This document shows, piece by piece, positions 1-10,243 of a stretch of DNA of 64,000 nucleotides. The position numbers were made by a program, and so were the translations under genes. The notes beneath the pieces are model-generated. The model was not told where the DNA came from. It worked only from the letters and a program-made list of their open reading frames with translations, and searched no databases. The stretch's first letter is position 1; the number at the start of each line of letters is the position of its first letter. Source of the stretch: an uncultured Candidatus Binatia bacterium (GTDB lineage: Bacteria; Desulfobacterota; Binatia; UBA9968; JAJDTQ01); contig OZ219754.1 of the NCBI GenBank assembly GCA_964291295.2, positions 3,392,001 through 3,456,000 on the forward strand. Reading direction: 5' to 3'.

Positions 1-1380
1 ATGGACTTTCCCGCACTGACCCGCACCGGAGCCATGGCGTTCTTCTCCGAGTTCGGGAAAAGGATCGACAACCCCCAGGGAATCCTCTACTGGACCCGCA
101 AGGCCAGGGCCAAGGCCCGGATCAACGCCACTATCGGCTCGGCCCGGGGACCGGAGAGCGCGGCGTACCCCGACGGCGGAGAGCGCGAGATCACGCTTTG
201 CGCCCCACTGATCCATTCGTTCTTCAACGGGCTGGAAACCGAGGACATCTTTCCCTACACGCCGGAAACCGGCACCCCCGCCTTCCGTTCCGCATGGAGA
301 AAGTGGATCCTGGCGCGGGCGGGCGATGCGTCCGAGCGGCTCGAACGACAACTGCATCAGCCGATCCTCACCCCGGGTATCACCGCCGCCATCAGCATCG
401 CCGCGCGGCTGTTCGTGGACCCCGGGCGGTCCATCATCGTGGCCGACCGGCGCTGGGAGAACTACGACCACGTGCTCGGCGAGAACCTCGACCTCGACAT
501 CGTCGATTTCCCGCTGTGCGACCGGGGCGAACTGAACATCGCCGGCCTCGTCTCGGTGATACGACGAGTGTGGCTCGAACAGGACACCGCCGTGGTGCTG
601 CTCAACTTCCCCAACAACCCCACCGGCTTTTGCCCTTCCGCCGCGGCCGGCCACCGGTTCGCGGAGTCGCTGGATCGACTCGCGGCCGGGAGCGGGAAGC
701 GGCTGGTGGTGCTGTTCGACGATGCCTACGAAAGCTACGTCTACGAACCCGCCGCCATGCAGTCGTCGCTGTTCTATCTGTGCCGGCCGCGGCCGAACCT
801 TCTGCCGGTCAAGCTGGACGGCGTCACCAAGGAGCTTCTCTGGTACGGCGCGCGCGTCGGCACCATCACCCTCGCCTGCCCGGACGAATGGCGGGCCGGG
901 GATGGCGCGGAGACCCTGGCTTCGGAGATCGACCGCAAGTTCGGCGGCGTCAACCGGGGCCTTTTCTCCAGCAGCTCGACGGTGACCCAGGCGGTGGCCA
1001 CCCGGGCCGTGGAGCAGATGGAGCGGCTGATGGAAGAACGGCGCCGAACCTTCGAGGTTCTGAAGGGACGATACCGGACCCTGAAGCACGAACTCGGCAA
1101 GATGGATACCGAAGGCGTGACCGTGGAGCCCTTTCAGGGCGGCTTCTTCTGTTTTGTCACCCTGAAGCCGGAGTCGGGGCTGCGGGCGACGGACGTCGCC
1201 AACCATTTGCTCGACGCGCACGGCATCGGCACCGTGCCGTTCGACGGAGACCGCATGAACGGCATCCGGATCGCGTTCTGCAGCGTGGACAGAACCGATC
1301 TGCCTGAACTGTGCCGGAGGCTGGCGCAGACGGTGAACGAACTGGCGGAGACCACGAAGCAGGCTCATGGGGAGGCTTGA
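1..1380 (+). CDS. PLP-dependent aminotransferase class I/II (may be 5'-truncated at window edge)
   Basis: NATIG, LNFPNNPTG, DDAY, DGVTKE (PLP lysine) and C-terminal IRIAFCS motifs. Confidence 0.85.
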   Translation: MDFPALTRTGAMAFFSEFGKRIDNPQGILYWTRKARAKARINATIGSARGPESAAYPDGGEREITLCAPLIHSFFNGLETEDIFPYTPETGTPAFRSAWRKWILARAGDASERLERQLHQPILTPGITAAISIAARLFVDPGRSIIVADRRWENYDHVLGENLDLDIVDFPLCDRGELNIAGLVSVIRRVWLEQDTAVVLLNFPNNPTGFCPSAAAGHRFAESLDRLAAGSGKRLVVLFDDAYESYVYEPAAMQSSLFYLCRPRPNLLPVKLDGVTKELLWYGARVGTITLACPDEWRAGDGAETLASEIDRKFGGVNRGLFSSSSTVTQAVATRAVEQMERLMEERRRTFEVLKGRYRTLKHELGKMDTEGVTVEPFQGGFFCFVTLKPESGLRATDVANHLLDAHGIGTVPFDGDRMNGIRIAFCSVDRTDLPELCRRLAQTVNELAETTKQAHGEA

Positions 1381-2098
1381 GGGAAAGGTCGCCGTGGTCA
1401 CCGGCGCCAGCCGCGGCATCGGGCGGGCGGTGGCCTTGGCCTTCGCCCGGGAGGGTGCGACCCTGGCCGTTGTCGGCGTCCGGGACCACGCCGCCCTCGA
1501 GTCGGTACGGAATGAACTGACGGCCCAGGGCGCCGAGAGCATCGCGCGGAGGGTGGACGTCGGCCGGCGGGCGGAGGTGGACGGATTGATGCGGGAGGTC
1601 GAGGAACGCTGGGGCCGCATCGACATTCTCGTCAACAACGCGGGGATCCTCACGCTCAGACGGTTCGAGGATATTGCCGAGGAGCAATGGGATGAGACCA
1701 TGCGGGTCCATCTCAAGGGCACCTTCAACGGCATGCAGGCGGTGCTGCCCCTCATGAAGCGGCAACGGTCGGGCAAGATCATCAACGTGACCGGCCCGGC
1801 GGCGCTGCGGCCCTCCCACGGCGTAGCCGACTACGCCAGCGCCAAGGGCGGCATCATCACGCTGACCTTCAATGTCGCCAACGAGATGAAGCCGCACAAC
1901 ATCCAGATCAACTGCATCTCGCCGGTAGCGGACACGCGCATGACCGACGCCATCGTCGAGTTCCGCCAACGCCAGGGGATTGCCGCCGCCCGGCCTGCAC
2001 CGGCACCCGCCGACGTCGTGGCACCCGCGTTCGTCTTCTTCGCGTCCGGCGACAGCGACTACATTACCGGAGAGGTGCTCGGGTTTCAGCGCAAGTGA
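1367..2098 (+). CDS. SDR family NAD(P)-dependent oxidoreductase (FabG-like)
   Basis: TGASRGIG, NNAG, YASAK motifs. Confidence 0.9.
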   Translation: MGRLEGKVAVVTGASRGIGRAVALAFAREGATLAVVGVRDHAALESVRNELTAQGAESIARRVDVGRRAEVDGLMREVEERWGRIDILVNNAGILTLRRFEDIAEEQWDETMRVHLKGTFNGMQAVLPLMKRQRSGKIINVTGPAALRPSHGVADYASAKGGIITLTFNVANEMKPHNIQINCISPVADTRMTDAIVEFRQRQGIAAARPAPAPADVVAPAFVFFASGDSDYITGEVLGFQRK

Positions 2099-2184
2099 CC
2101 CCTGTGGTTTCGAGCGACAGGGGTGGACAGACGTGGACAAGGGTTGCAGGATTGTTGAACCCGCACGGGAAACGAGGTGAACCC

Positions 2185-3174
2185 ATGCTCCGAAAATCAG
2201 CGGCGCTCTCAATGGCCGTCACCATGCTGACTGCGCTCACCGCGCTGGCGGCCGCGGCCCCGCCCATCGGCTTCCAGGCGGTGCCGCGGGACGCCTTCCC
2301 GGTCTTCGACGACCCCGGGATGCTCAGCGCCGCGGAAGCGGAGAAGCAGGCGGTCATCTTCGACCGGGACGTGGTCATCGGCGTGGCGCACAACGGCGAG
2401 GCCAAGGCGTATCCGATCACGATCATGGGCGTCCACGAACTCGGCAACGACACCATCGGAGGGGTGCCCATCGCCGTCTCCTGGTGACCGCTGTGCCAGA
2501 CGTCTATCGTGTATAGACGCCAACTCGACGACAGGGTGTTGCGCTTCGGGCACGCCGGGATTCTCTACGAGAATTCGTTCATCATGTACGACCGGCAGAC
2601 CGAGTCGCTCTGGGTCCATGTCACCGGCGAGGCCGCGTTCGGTCCGCTCAAGGGGAAACGGCTGGAGTTCATGCCCTCCACGGTGACGACCTGGGTCCAC
2701 TGGAAGAAGAACTATCCCCATACCAGGGTCTTGCCGGGCTACCGGCGCGGCGGTTTCATGGGAACCTACATGGGCCCCTTCCAGAGCAACCTCCTGGGCC
2801 TGGCTGTGGTGATCCGGCTCAAGGCCAAGCTCTATCCATACGAGGCGCTCAAGGAGCGGAACGTGGTCAACGACGAGTTCAACGAGGCGAAGGTCGTGGT
2901 GTACTATTCGCCGGGCGACTCCACGGCAACGGCGTGGCGCCGGGAATTCGACGACCGCGTCCTCACCTTCACGCAGTCGGAACGCAAGGATGCGCAAGGC
3001 AACGCGCTGTTGCACGACAAGGAGACGGGGAGCCTGTGGTCATGGCTGCGTGGAGAAGCCGTGGAGGGACCCCTCAAGGGGCGCCAGTTGCGGCAACTCC
3101 TGTACAACCCGATCCTGAACGACCGGTTTGCCGCCTTCTATCCGGGGGCGCCCGTGTTCGAGGCCGTGCCGTAA
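2185..3174 (+). CDS. DUF3179 domain selenoprotein, secreted; TGA 2485-2487 read as Sec
   Basis: ATG 2185 with GAGGTG RBS and signal peptide. ORFs 2095-2487 and 2509-3174 are in the same frame; the join reads VSW-TGA-PLCQTS where the family has CPLC. Also YP..IM..HE..ND, MYDRQTESLW and WKKNYPHT motifs. Confidence 0.85.
2501..2519 (+). promoter_or_regulatory. Putative bacterial SECIS hairpin
   Basis: Perfect stem CGTCTAT/ATAGACG with loop CGTGT, starting 13 nt after the in-frame TGA. Confidence 0.7.
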
Positions 3175-3310
3175 TTGGCGGATCCCTCAGAAATCCGCTA
3201 AACATGCGGAATCCCCGGCGGTCGGCGCGGGATCCCGCGACTGCGGGGCGAAGAGCGATGCAAGGTTGAAAGTCGGTGCGAGAGCCGGTTCGAAGGTCGG
3301 TTCGAGATAC

Positions 3311-4387
3311 GTGAGCGGAACTGCCGAATATCTCCGGGAAGCTCGGGAGCAAAAGGGGCTGACCCTGGAACAGGTGGAGGAGGCAACGCGGATTCCGCGT
3401 TACTACCTCGAGATCCTGGAGGGTGGCGGAGACGACCGTCTGGTTTCGGACCGTCTCTACATGGTCCATTTTCTCCGCAACTATGCCGCTTTCCTCGAGG
3501 TCCAGGAGGAGACCCTGGCGGCTCGGTTCCTTCACGAGAACCGGCAACCGAAAACCACTCCGATCATCCCCACCCGGAAGCCCCGGTCATGGAAGGCCGT
3601 CCTCACGGCCACGCCGACCCTGTTGCTCGCCATCGGTATCGGCGCCTATCTGTACGATCCGGTGCTCCTCAGCCTGGTCGGCAAGCCGACGCAGCATCTC
3701 GTGACGAGGTCCGACCGCGCACCGACGCGGCCGGAAACAACGCAGCCGCCGGCCCCGGCCGCTCCATCCCGGGCCGACGATGCCGAGAGCTCGGTCCTGC
3801 AACCCGAGGCCAACGAAACGGATCCATCGACACCCAGGCTGGTGGCGAACCCGCCGGGTTCGGAGCCGGAGCCGGCGTCTGAAGCCGCAGCCGCCGGATC
3901 AGGGTCGGCTCCAACGGACTTGGGCGTATCGTCGCCCACCTCGTCCCTCAACCCGGCTGCTCCGCTCCCACCCGCACTGGAGACGACCGCAACCGACGCT
4001 GCCACCTCACGCGCCCCCGCGTCCACCACGGCCCCTGATGTTGCGGCGTTGCAAGGCGGCGAAACGGCGACGGAGACCACGGCCCCCGGCGGGCCGCAGT
4101 CGCCGCGGGAATCACTCGCGACCACCGCTGCCGAGCCTTCGGCGGGCCATCGCCTTACCATCTTTGCCGAGGAAAAGGCCTGGCTGAGGGTGTGGGTCGA
4201 CGACGAGGGGTTCAAGGACATGATGCTGGACCCGGAAGAAACCCTGACGCTGTCCGCGCAGACCCACTTCGTCATCACCTTCGGCAACGCCGGCGGCGTG
4301 CGTCTCGTGTTGAACGGGGAGGAGCTTCCCCCGGCAGGCAGGTCCGGACAGGTGGTGCGCAATTTCAGGATTCCGCCGGACTCCTAG
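3311..4387 (+). CDS. rodZ: RodZ-like protein (N-terminal HTH, TM helix, C-terminal DUF4115)
   Basis: LREAREQKGLTLEQVEEATRI HTH, one TM, Pro/Ala/Thr linker, C-terminal WLRV...FGNAGGV. Confidence 0.8.
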   Translation: MSGTAEYLREAREQKGLTLEQVEEATRIPRYYLEILEGGGDDRLVSDRLYMVHFLRNYAAFLEVQEETLAARFLHENRQPKTTPIIPTRKPRSWKAVLTATPTLLLAIGIGAYLYDPVLLSLVGKPTQHLVTRSDRAPTRPETTQPPAPAAPSRADDAESSVLQPEANETDPSTPRLVANPPGSEPEPASEAAAAGSGSAPTDLGVSSPTSSLNPAAPLPPALETTATDAATSRAPASTTAPDVAALQGGETATETTAPGGPQSPRESLATTAAEPSAGHRLTIFAEEKAWLRVWVDDEGFKDMMLDPEETLTLSAQTHFVITFGNAGGVRLVLNGEELPPAGRSGQVVRNFRIPPDS

Positions 4388-4558
4388 GAGTCTGCGCCGC
4401 AGAAAATTTTCGTGGGACAGAGATCCACCAGAATCCCACTTGGCGCCCGATTAATGTCCAATAATGGGACAAGGCTACACGTTTCTGGCATTCTGGACGA
4501 AAATCTGGTCATGCTATGCCACCGGTCACATCCCGAAGCGTCCTGCGGCACAGGCTCC
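4387..4558. mobile_element. MITE-like element, copy 1
   Basis: Terminal inverted repeats GGAGTCTGCGCCGCAG / CTGCGGCACAGGCTCC, CTAG on both flanks, similar copy at 29053-29213. Confidence 0.7.
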
Positions 4559-4571
4559 TAGACAGGCCCGC

Positions 4572-5606
4572 ATGATCGACCTGCGTTCCGACACCGTGAC
4601 CACGCCGACGCCGGAGATGCTCCAGGCGATGGCGGCGGCCGAAGTGGGCGACGACGTCTACGGCGAAGACCCCAGCATCAACCGGCTTGAGGAAGAGGTG
4701 GCGGGGCTGCTGGGCAAGGAGGCCGCGGTCTTCACCCCGTCCGGGTCCATGGCGAACCAGATCGCCATCCGGCTCCATACCCGGCCGGGCGACTCGGTGC
4801 TTTGTGAGGAAGGATCGCACACTTTCGCCTACGAAGCCGGTGCCGGGGCGGCGCTTGCGGGCGTGCAGTTCGACCTGATCCCGTTCGGCGACGCGCTTTC
4901 CGATGAAGCCATACGGGAGCGCTTCCGACCCGATGGCCTGCACGAATCGCCATCCACCCTGATCGTGGTGGAGAATACCCACAACCGCGGCCGTGGTCGC
5001 GCCCTGGCGCGGCAGGAGACGGGACGAATCGTCGCCACTGCCCACGGTCTGGGCCTCAAGGCGCACTGCGACGGTGCCCGGCTGTGGAACGCGGCGGCCG
5101 CCACGGGCCACTCGGAAAGCGACCTTGCCGCCGGGTTCGACACGGTTTCGGTCTGTTTTTCCAAGGGACTGGGCGCTCCCGTGGGCTCGGCCCTGGCCGG
5201 CAGCCACGCGGATGCCGCCAGGGCGCGCAAGATCCGCAAGCGGCTGGGCGGCGGCATGCGCCAGGCGGGGTTCCTGGCCGCGGCGGCACTCTACGGTGTA
5301 CGGCAACACCGCGGTCGCCTTGCGGAAGACCACCGGCGCGCCGTGGCCCTGGCCCGAGGCCTTCGGGAACTGGCCCATGACGGGCGTCCGCTCGAGGTCG
5401 ACATTCCGGATCCGCCCACCAACATGGTCTATTGGCGCGCCGGCAACGGCCCGCAGGTGGTGGAAGCGTTGCGCCGCAAGGGCGTGCTCATGAACCACGT
5501 TGGCAGCGGCTGGATCCGGGCCGTCACGCATCTCCAGCTTTCCGACTCGGACATCCACGACGCGGTTCGGCGCATTCGCGAGGCGCTGCCGGCATCCGTG
5601 GACTGA
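4572..5606 (+). CDS. ltaE: Low-specificity L-threonine aldolase
   Basis: [52 protein letters not shown]. Confidence 0.93.
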   Translation: MIDLRSDTVTTPTPEMLQAMAAAEVGDDVYGEDPSINRLEEEVAGLLGKEAAVFTPSGSMANQIAIRLHTRPGDSVLCEEGSHTFAYEAGAGAALAGVQFDLIPFGDALSDEAIRERFRPDGLHESPSTLIVVENTHNRGRGRALARQETGRIVATAHGLGLKAHCDGARLWNAAAATGHSESDLAAGFDTVSVCFSKGLGAPVGSALAGSHADAARARKIRKRLGGGMRQAGFLAAAALYGVRQHRGRLAEDHRRAVALARGLRELAHDGRPLEVDIPDPPTNMVYWRAGNGPQVVEALRRKGVLMNHVGSGWIRAVTHLQLSDSDIHDAVRRIREALPASVD

Positions 5607-5632
5607 GGCGGGAGGAGCGCGGCGCGCAGGCC

Positions 5633-6775
5633 ATGCCACGCGAGACCACGCGATATGTCATCATAGGCGCCGGTTTCGCCGGCGCCGCCACCGCCTGCCA
5701 CCTGGCTTTCCAGGGAAAGCGGCAGATCGTCATCCTGGAGCAGGAACCCGTACCCGGCTTCCATTCCTCGGGCCGCAACGCCGGCTTCATACGTCAGGTC
5801 CTGGCGGAGCCCTCGGTGGCCGACCTGGCCGCGGAATCGGCCCGGTTCATCCGCAAGCCCCCGCCCGCTTGGCCCGTGCCGGTCTCGTACGACCCCATTG
5901 GCTGCCTGATCCTCGGACGCGGTGAAAAGTGGCAAGCCCTGCAGGAGGACGCGGACCTGGCGCGCCGGCGCGGCATCGAGGTCGAGTGCTGGTCGCCGGA
6001 GAGGACTCGTGCAGCCGTGCCCCTCATCCGGGACGCCGCCCTGGACGGAGCCCTGTGGTGCGTCTCGGACGGCGTCATCGACATCCACGCGCTGCTGTCG
6101 GGCTATCTCAAGACGGCCCAGGGCGCCGGCGCCGTCATCCGGTACGGCGCGACCGTGAACGAGGTGCGGGTACGACACGGGCGGGTACAGGGGGTCGCCA
6201 CCGCCCAGGGCTTTTTCGCAGCCGACGTGGTGGTCAACGCCGCAGGCCCCTGGGCCGGCCCGGTGGGCGTCATGGCCGGGGCCGCGCCCATTGCTTTTCA
6301 TCCACGTCGCCGGCACCTGTTCGTCACGCCGCCGCTGGACTGGGTCCAGCCGGACTGGCCCTTCGTCCTCAACGTCTCCGACGAGGTCTACTTCCAACCG
6401 AGTTCCGGCGGGCTGATGCTGTGCCCTTGCGATGAAGACGATGTGCCGCCGTGCGACCCGCCGACGCAACCGGAGGCCCTGGAGCTTCTGGCCGAGAAGC
6501 TGGCGGCCGCCTACCCCCATTTCCCCGACGTTCCCGTCGGGCGCTGCTGGGCCGGGCTGCGGACATTCACGGACGACAATCGGTTCGTCATCGGCTGGGA
6601 TCCCGGGGTGGAGGGGTTCTTCTGGGTCGCCGGACTCGCGGGCCACGGCGTCACCACCAGCGCCGCTGTGGGCTCCCTGGCCGCCCGGCTGCTTCTCGGA
6701 GCGGACGCGGACCCGAACTTCTCACCCGCGCGTTTCGGTTACGAAGGTCCGAACAAGGCGATGGCGCGACATTGA
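5633..6775 (+). CDS. FAD-dependent oxidoreductase (DAO / sarcosine oxidase beta-like)
   Basis: IIGAGFAG, HSSGRNAG, NAAGPWA, WAGLRTFT, AGLAGHG. Confidence 0.85.
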   Translation: MPRETTRYVIIGAGFAGAATACHLAFQGKRQIVILEQEPVPGFHSSGRNAGFIRQVLAEPSVADLAAESARFIRKPPPAWPVPVSYDPIGCLILGRGEKWQALQEDADLARRRGIEVECWSPERTRAAVPLIRDAALDGALWCVSDGVIDIHALLSGYLKTAQGAGAVIRYGATVNEVRVRHGRVQGVATAQGFFAADVVVNAAGPWAGPVGVMAGAAPIAFHPRRRHLFVTPPLDWVQPDWPFVLNVSDEVYFQPSSGGLMLCPCDEDDVPPCDPPTQPEALELLAEKLAAAYPHFPDVPVGRCWAGLRTFTDDNRFVIGWDPGVEGFFWVAGLAGHGVTTSAAVGSLAARLLLGADADPNFSPARFGYEGPNKAMARH

Positions 6776-7079
6776 GCCACTCGCAACCTGCGGATTGTAT
6801 TGATTCAGCCCCAGCGAATTGGGGGTTGTTCAGACCTTCCTTGGCGACCCCGGTGTCGCGGCAGCCTTCCGCGACGGCGGTGCGAGTTCCACCGATCCGG
6901 TCAGTCCGGCCGGTACACCATCGCCGCTCCTTCCTGCGGGCACACGCCGGTGCCTTCGGCACCGCCCCGGCCACGACCATCGGCGCCAACCCCGCCCTCG
7001 ACGGCAACGTCGCAGCCTGCTCGGCGCCGAATCCGCATCTCCAGAGCGTGGGATGATCCGGTGCGCCCGGCGGCAGGCC

Positions 7080-7108
7080 TTGACTACCACAAGAACGTGT
7101 AGTAGGTA
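7080..7108 (+). promoter_or_regulatory. Putative sigma70 promoter with overlapping inverted repeat (leaderless XRE transcript)
   Basis: TTGACT-17 nt-TAGGTA ending 6 nt before ATG 7115; imperfect inverted repeat ACTACCAC...GTGTAGT in the spacer. Confidence 0.4.
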
Positions 7109-7114
7109 TGACAC

Positions 7115-7468
7115 ATGACTCATTTTGGCTCCACCATCCGCGCCATCCGCGAACGCCTGCGCGAGGACGACCGGCGCTATTCCGTGCGCCAGGTCGCCGG
7201 GCGCGTCGGCATCGAGCCGGCGTATCTGAGCAAGATCGAACGCGGGGAGGTGGCGCCGCCCTCGGAGGCGACCACGGTGAGGCTCGCGAAGGAGCTCGGC
7301 CAGGATCCCGATGTCATGCTGGCACTCACGGGAAAGGTGTCCGCCGATCTGCAGGCCATCATCCGCAAGCGACCGCGCCTGTTCGCGGATCTGATCCGTC
7401 AGTTGAAGGAAGCGCCGGACGAGGCGGTCCTGCAGGTGGTGCGCAAAGTGCGCGAAGGCAACTGGTAA
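7115..7468 (+). CDS. XRE family HTH transcriptional regulator
   Basis: SVRQVAGRVGIEPAYLSKIERGEVAPP. Confidence 0.9.
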   Translation: MTHFGSTIRAIRERLREDDRRYSVRQVAGRVGIEPAYLSKIERGEVAPPSEATTVRLAKELGQDPDVMLALTGKVSADLQAIIRKRPRLFADLIRQLKEAPDEAVLQVVRKVREGNW

Positions 7469-7520
7469 GCAGAACGATGGGTGGGAAGGAACGTCCGTCC
7501 ACGGACAAGGAGGAACGACC

Positions 7521-8513
7521 ATGATCATGCTCGAAGACGACTGTCTGGAGTTCCGTTTTCCGGAGGTGCATGAGGCCGCGCGCTGCGGCATCGGATTCCA
7601 GCGCACCCTGCGTATCCCGGACGACGGGGGCGATTATCCGCTGTCGCCGGGCCTGGGTTCGTTTCCGCTGCGGCATCTGGACGACTACGCCGTGCGCCTG
7701 CCGGAGTCGTGGCGGGTGCGGGGCGGCGTGATCGCGCCGATGCACCAGGCCGAGGCGCTGTGGATCAACTTCCATTCGGACTATCCCTTCGCCGTGAAGG
7801 TGGCCACCGGGAAGATCTGCGCGATCACCGGCGATTCCTGGGTCGACCGGCTGAACCGGGACCCGCAGGACTACGCGATGCTGCCCAGGCAGCCCTGGCT
7901 CGGCGGCTATTGCGTCGAGAAAGGCGTCGTCCGCCAGTTTGTTGCCATGCCGCTTGGCGAGGGATACACGGTTGAAGAACAGTTGACCGGGGCCGCGGTC
8001 CACGGCGGGGTGCAGATCGTGGCCTACCCCATGAAGGCCGAACGCCATGAGGCGCTCCAATCGAAGCGGCACGTGGCCAGACACCTCTCCGTGAGACGGT
8101 ATTCGGCCGCCATGGAGGCACCCATGGGTCTGGCACCGGGCGGCCGGATGAAGCAGGAGATCTACGACGACCCCTACGGGCTGGATGTCTGGGACCAGCG
8201 GCACGGCAGCCGCTGCTTCGTCTCACTGCTCAACTCCGCCCAGTGGATGGCGGTGACCGGAGAGCGGCCTCCCACCGAGCCGCCCACGGCGCAGGACTAC
8301 ACCGCCTGCGGCCTGCCTTGGTTCGGCTACTATGGCGGCGATACGCGCGCCGTGGCCGGCAGCGACAAGCTGCGGGGGCTCAAGAGCGTCGCCCAGCAAA
8401 CCGCGGCCACCGGGCAAGGGCCGCTTCCGGACAACGAGACGATTGCCACCCCGCATGTGATCGGGCTCGGGAAAGCCCGCCCGGTGCGGGAAAGTGCCGG
8501 CGATCAGGCTTGA
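7521..8513 (+). CDS. Conserved hypothetical protein (FQRTLRIPDD family)
   Basis: AAGGAGG RBS; conserved-looking blocks FQRTLRIPDD, PMHQAEALW, QPWL, RQFVAMPLG, YTACGLPWF. Confidence 0.75.
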   Translation: MIMLEDDCLEFRFPEVHEAARCGIGFQRTLRIPDDGGDYPLSPGLGSFPLRHLDDYAVRLPESWRVRGGVIAPMHQAEALWINFHSDYPFAVKVATGKICAITGDSWVDRLNRDPQDYAMLPRQPWLGGYCVEKGVVRQFVAMPLGEGYTVEEQLTGAAVHGGVQIVAYPMKAERHEALQSKRHVARHLSVRRYSAAMEAPMGLAPGGRMKQEIYDDPYGLDVWDQRHGSRCFVSLLNSAQWMAVTGERPPTEPPTAQDYTACGLPWFGYYGGDTRAVAGSDKLRGLKSVAQQTAATGQGPLPDNETIATPHVIGLGKARPVRESAGDQA

Positions 8514-8541
8514 ACCTGAAGGAACCTGGCACACGGGCCTG

Positions 8542-8874
8542 TCATCGCCGGACCGATTGCCGCCGAGGGAGAGCGACATGACGACGGAACAGCTGCTTCC
8601 GAACGTCGATTCGATCTTCGCGGCTGCGGACCTGTGCGAGATCGTAGCTCGTCTGGCGGCGGAGCCAGAACTCCGCATTGGAACAGCCCGCCTTTTCCAG
8701 GCGGATCGCCATTTCCGGAGAAATACCCGCGTGGCCATTGAGAACCCGAGACAGCGTATGCCGGGCGACGCCCAGCATGCGCGCCGCTTCGGTCACGCTC
8801 AATCCGAGCGGCTCCAGGCAGTTCTCTCGGATACTGCGCCCAGGATGCGGGGGATTCATCATCGCCATGTTCAT
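8542..8874 (-). CDS. higA: HigA family antitoxin
   Basis: NPPHPG...[14 protein letters not shown]...ISPEMAIRL...[11 protein letters not shown]. Confidence 0.9.
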   Translation of the reverse strand: MNMAMMNPPHPGRSIRENCLEPLGLSVTEAARMLGVARHTLSRVLNGHAGISPEMAIRLEKAGCSNAEFWLRRQTSYDLAQVRSREDRIDVRKQLFRRHVALPRRQSVRR

Positions 8875-8882
8875 GCCTTCTG

Positions 8883-9161
8883 TTAGTGGTAGTCGGTCAG
8901 ATCGACATCGTAAACGTCGCCTTCCTCAAGACGAAATACCACTCGCCAGTTTCCGGAAACTGAAATGCTCCAGTACCCCTTGAGACCGCCTTTCAGCGGG
9001 TGAAGCCGGTAGCCCGGCAAATCGAGGTCCGAGAGCCTGCAGGCATCGTCGAGGTCGGCCAGCACCAGAGCGACACGATCCCGCAAGTCGGATCCCACCC
9101 TGCTCGTATCTCCGCATTCGTACATCCGCCTGAGACCTCGATGACGAAAGCTCCGAATCAT
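8883..9161 (-). CDS. higB: HigB/RelE family toxin
   Basis: [10 protein letters not shown]...[11 protein letters not shown]...[14 protein letters not shown]...DYH, upstream of higA. Confidence 0.92.
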   Translation of the reverse strand: MIRSFRHRGLRRMYECGDTSRVGSDLRDRVALVLADLDDACRLSDLDLPGYRLHPLKGGLKGYWSISVSGNWRVVFRLEEGDVYDVDLTDYH

Positions 9162-9166
9162 CACGG

Positions 9167-9195
9167 ACTGTACCGCATACCGGCACGCATGGCAA
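9167..9195 (-). promoter_or_regulatory. higBA promoter/operator (leaderless)
   Basis: Minus strand TTGCCA-17 nt-TACAGT, 5 nt before the ATG; imperfect palindrome GTACCG-CATAC-CGGCAC over the spacer. Confidence 0.55.
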
Positions 9196-9326
9196 TCTGA
9201 GCCGCAGGACAATCCCGCGCGGTGGGTTTGTCCTTCCCTGTCGGGTCTTGCAGGTGTGACTTTGCGAGTGTGATGTTCTATAAACGGAACCTCCCGGTGA
9301 TTCGGGACTGACTTTTGCGTCAAGTG

Positions 9327-9686
9327 ACTCCGGTGTTTCACGACACCGCCCCGCGGGTCCGCGCCCATGTGCTGCTGTGCATGCTGGCCTGTTACGTGGA
9401 ATGACACATGCGACAGAAACTGGCCCCGCTGCTGTTCGAGGAAGACGATCCAGACGCTGCCGGTTTCCATCGTGGCACCGGCGCAAGTGCCGGAATCGCG
9501 CGGGCCAAGGCCCGCGGCAAGCGCAGCGACTCGCCGCACAGCTTCCGCACCCTGCTTGACGACCTGGCGACACTCACCCTGAATACGGTCCAGCCCCGCT
9601 TGCCTGACGCCAGGCCGTTCGAGGCCACCACCCGGCCCACCCCCCTGCAAGGCAAGGCCCACGATTTGTTCGGCGTGCGCCCGTAG
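9327..9686 (+). pseudogene. IS1634-family transposase C-terminal remnant
   Basis: LRPVFH..RVRAHVLLCMLACYVE*HMRQKLAPLLFEEDD...HSFRTLLDDLATL...PTPLQ; internal stop and no N-terminus. Confidence 0.75.
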
Positions 9687-10243
9687 CGTTCCCGACAGCG
9701 ATTCGCGGATTCTTCCATTACCTCCGGGAAACCAGTGCCTCGGATCAACTCAGCTCTGGAAGTTCCGTATGATTGGCGTTGTGCAGACGGCGAGGTTGGT
9801 GGAGCTGGACAGGGGGTGTGCGGAGTTGGCGCGCCGTGTGGAGTCGCGGGCAGTGTCGGCGAAGGCGGCGTGCAGGCCAGGGTCTCGGCACGTGCCGGGC
9901 AGTCTGGCCCGAGCAGGGAGAAGCGGATCAAGCCGCCCTGTGAGAAGCCTCGGACGAGCGGTCCCATCATTCGGGCCGGGCTCCCGCTTCCCGTGCCGAC
10001 GTCCGGGCCAACGACAAACCCCCGCCCGGACACGGTGAACGCACCCGGATGGGCGAATGAAATCGACCCGGGAATTCCCAAAGCCCCACAGGCTGCCGGC
10101 CCCACGCCTTCGCGACGAACACCCCGCCCTTCAGGCGAAGAACTCCGGCCATGCCGCAGGTGGGGCGTACGGAACAGGGTGACCTTTGATCGAGGCCTTG
10201 CCGCCGCCGGTTCCGGGTCGATTCGAACAAGCGGCCGTCCGCG

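Noticed and set aside
6780-7075. Possible gene fragment upstream of the XRE regulator
   Set aside because: Could not be assigned to any family; no convincing start or RBS
9396-9410. Sec/Trp read-through of the TGA in the IS1634 remnant
   Set aside because: It corresponds to a Trp position in a truncated, decayed transposase; an ordinary nonsense mutation
10155-10195. yybP-ykoY riboswitch upstream of the Ca/Na antiporter
   Set aside because: GGGGCGTA and GACCTTTGA fragments resemble the motif but are too close together to form the four-way junction
9735-10240. ORFs and an IS200/IS605-like end hairpin between the IS1634 relic and the antiporter
   Set aside because: No recognisable protein; the CCCCGCCCTTCAGGCG similarity is too short and there is no tnpA/tnpB
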